Origin: Rebecca billardiae RCC1528
Lineage: Eukaryota; Protista; Haptophyta
NCBI GenBank assembly: GCA_965240325.2
Contig: OZ251226.1
Location: forward strand, 930,001-994,000
Length of the DNA: 64,000 nucleotides
Direction: 5' to 3'
In this document: positions 63,929-64,000 of the stretch, one piece after another
Layout: every line of letters starts with the position of its first letter
Numbering within the stretch: position 1 is the first letter of the stretch
Notes under the pieces: model-generated
The model's database searches: none
Told to the model about the DNA's origin: nothing
What the model saw: the letters and a program-made list of their open reading frames with translations, nothing else
Position numbers and translations under genes: made by a program

Positions 63929-64000
63929 CACCTTGATAACCGTATGATACTGACCAGGGCGGGAACGTCGATTCAAGCTACCCGCGCAATACCATATCGC

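Noticed and set aside
1-64000. rRNA, tRNA (including tRNA-Sec) or a prokaryotic origin for the window
   Set aside because: No rRNA or tRNA signatures were recognised by eye. Spliceosomal introns, a eukaryotic SECIS and eukaryote-specific genes show this is nuclear eukaryotic DNA.

Overview
Very GC-rich, compact, intron-containing eukaryotic nuclear DNA. It most likely comes from a chlorophyll a/c alga such as a haptophyte; this is inferred from the LHC gene with signal peptide, the Sec-containing thioredoxin reductase, the ciliary RPGRIP1L gene and the GTGCGC/GC-AG splice donors. About 18 genes are supported: a GT31-like/sulfotransferase fusion, LHC, PP2C, HemF, RPGRIP1L with an expanded C2 tail, a cNMP-binding protein, a NOL/NYC1-like SDR, NudC, a ~2950-aa tandem two-module cNMP/ankyrin K+-type channel, a stand-alone MHYT sensor, an MFS transporter, selenoprotein TrxR with a clear SECIS, an MhpA-like FAD monooxygenase, AGT, GPATCH1, a small putative plastid protein and TOP2, plus the two repeat genes below. 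The strongest signal is a pair of recently duplicated genes (21568-24156 and 38581-41058). Each encodes a TALE-like array of near-identical 37-aa HPR/OPR-type repeats (13.5 vs 12.5 units) fused to a RAP (PD-(D/E)XK-like) domain. The repeats vary almost only in a short [NA/KP/KA]-Q-[EL/GL/NM/SM]-A-[N/S] patch, and their order is reshuffled between paralogues whose flanks are otherwise ~95% identical. This is a candidate naturally reprogrammable RNA-binding/cleaving system. The window also holds dispersed hairpin+CTAG (Helitron-like) termini paired with a second dispersed motif, several recent tandem duplications, and microsatellites.
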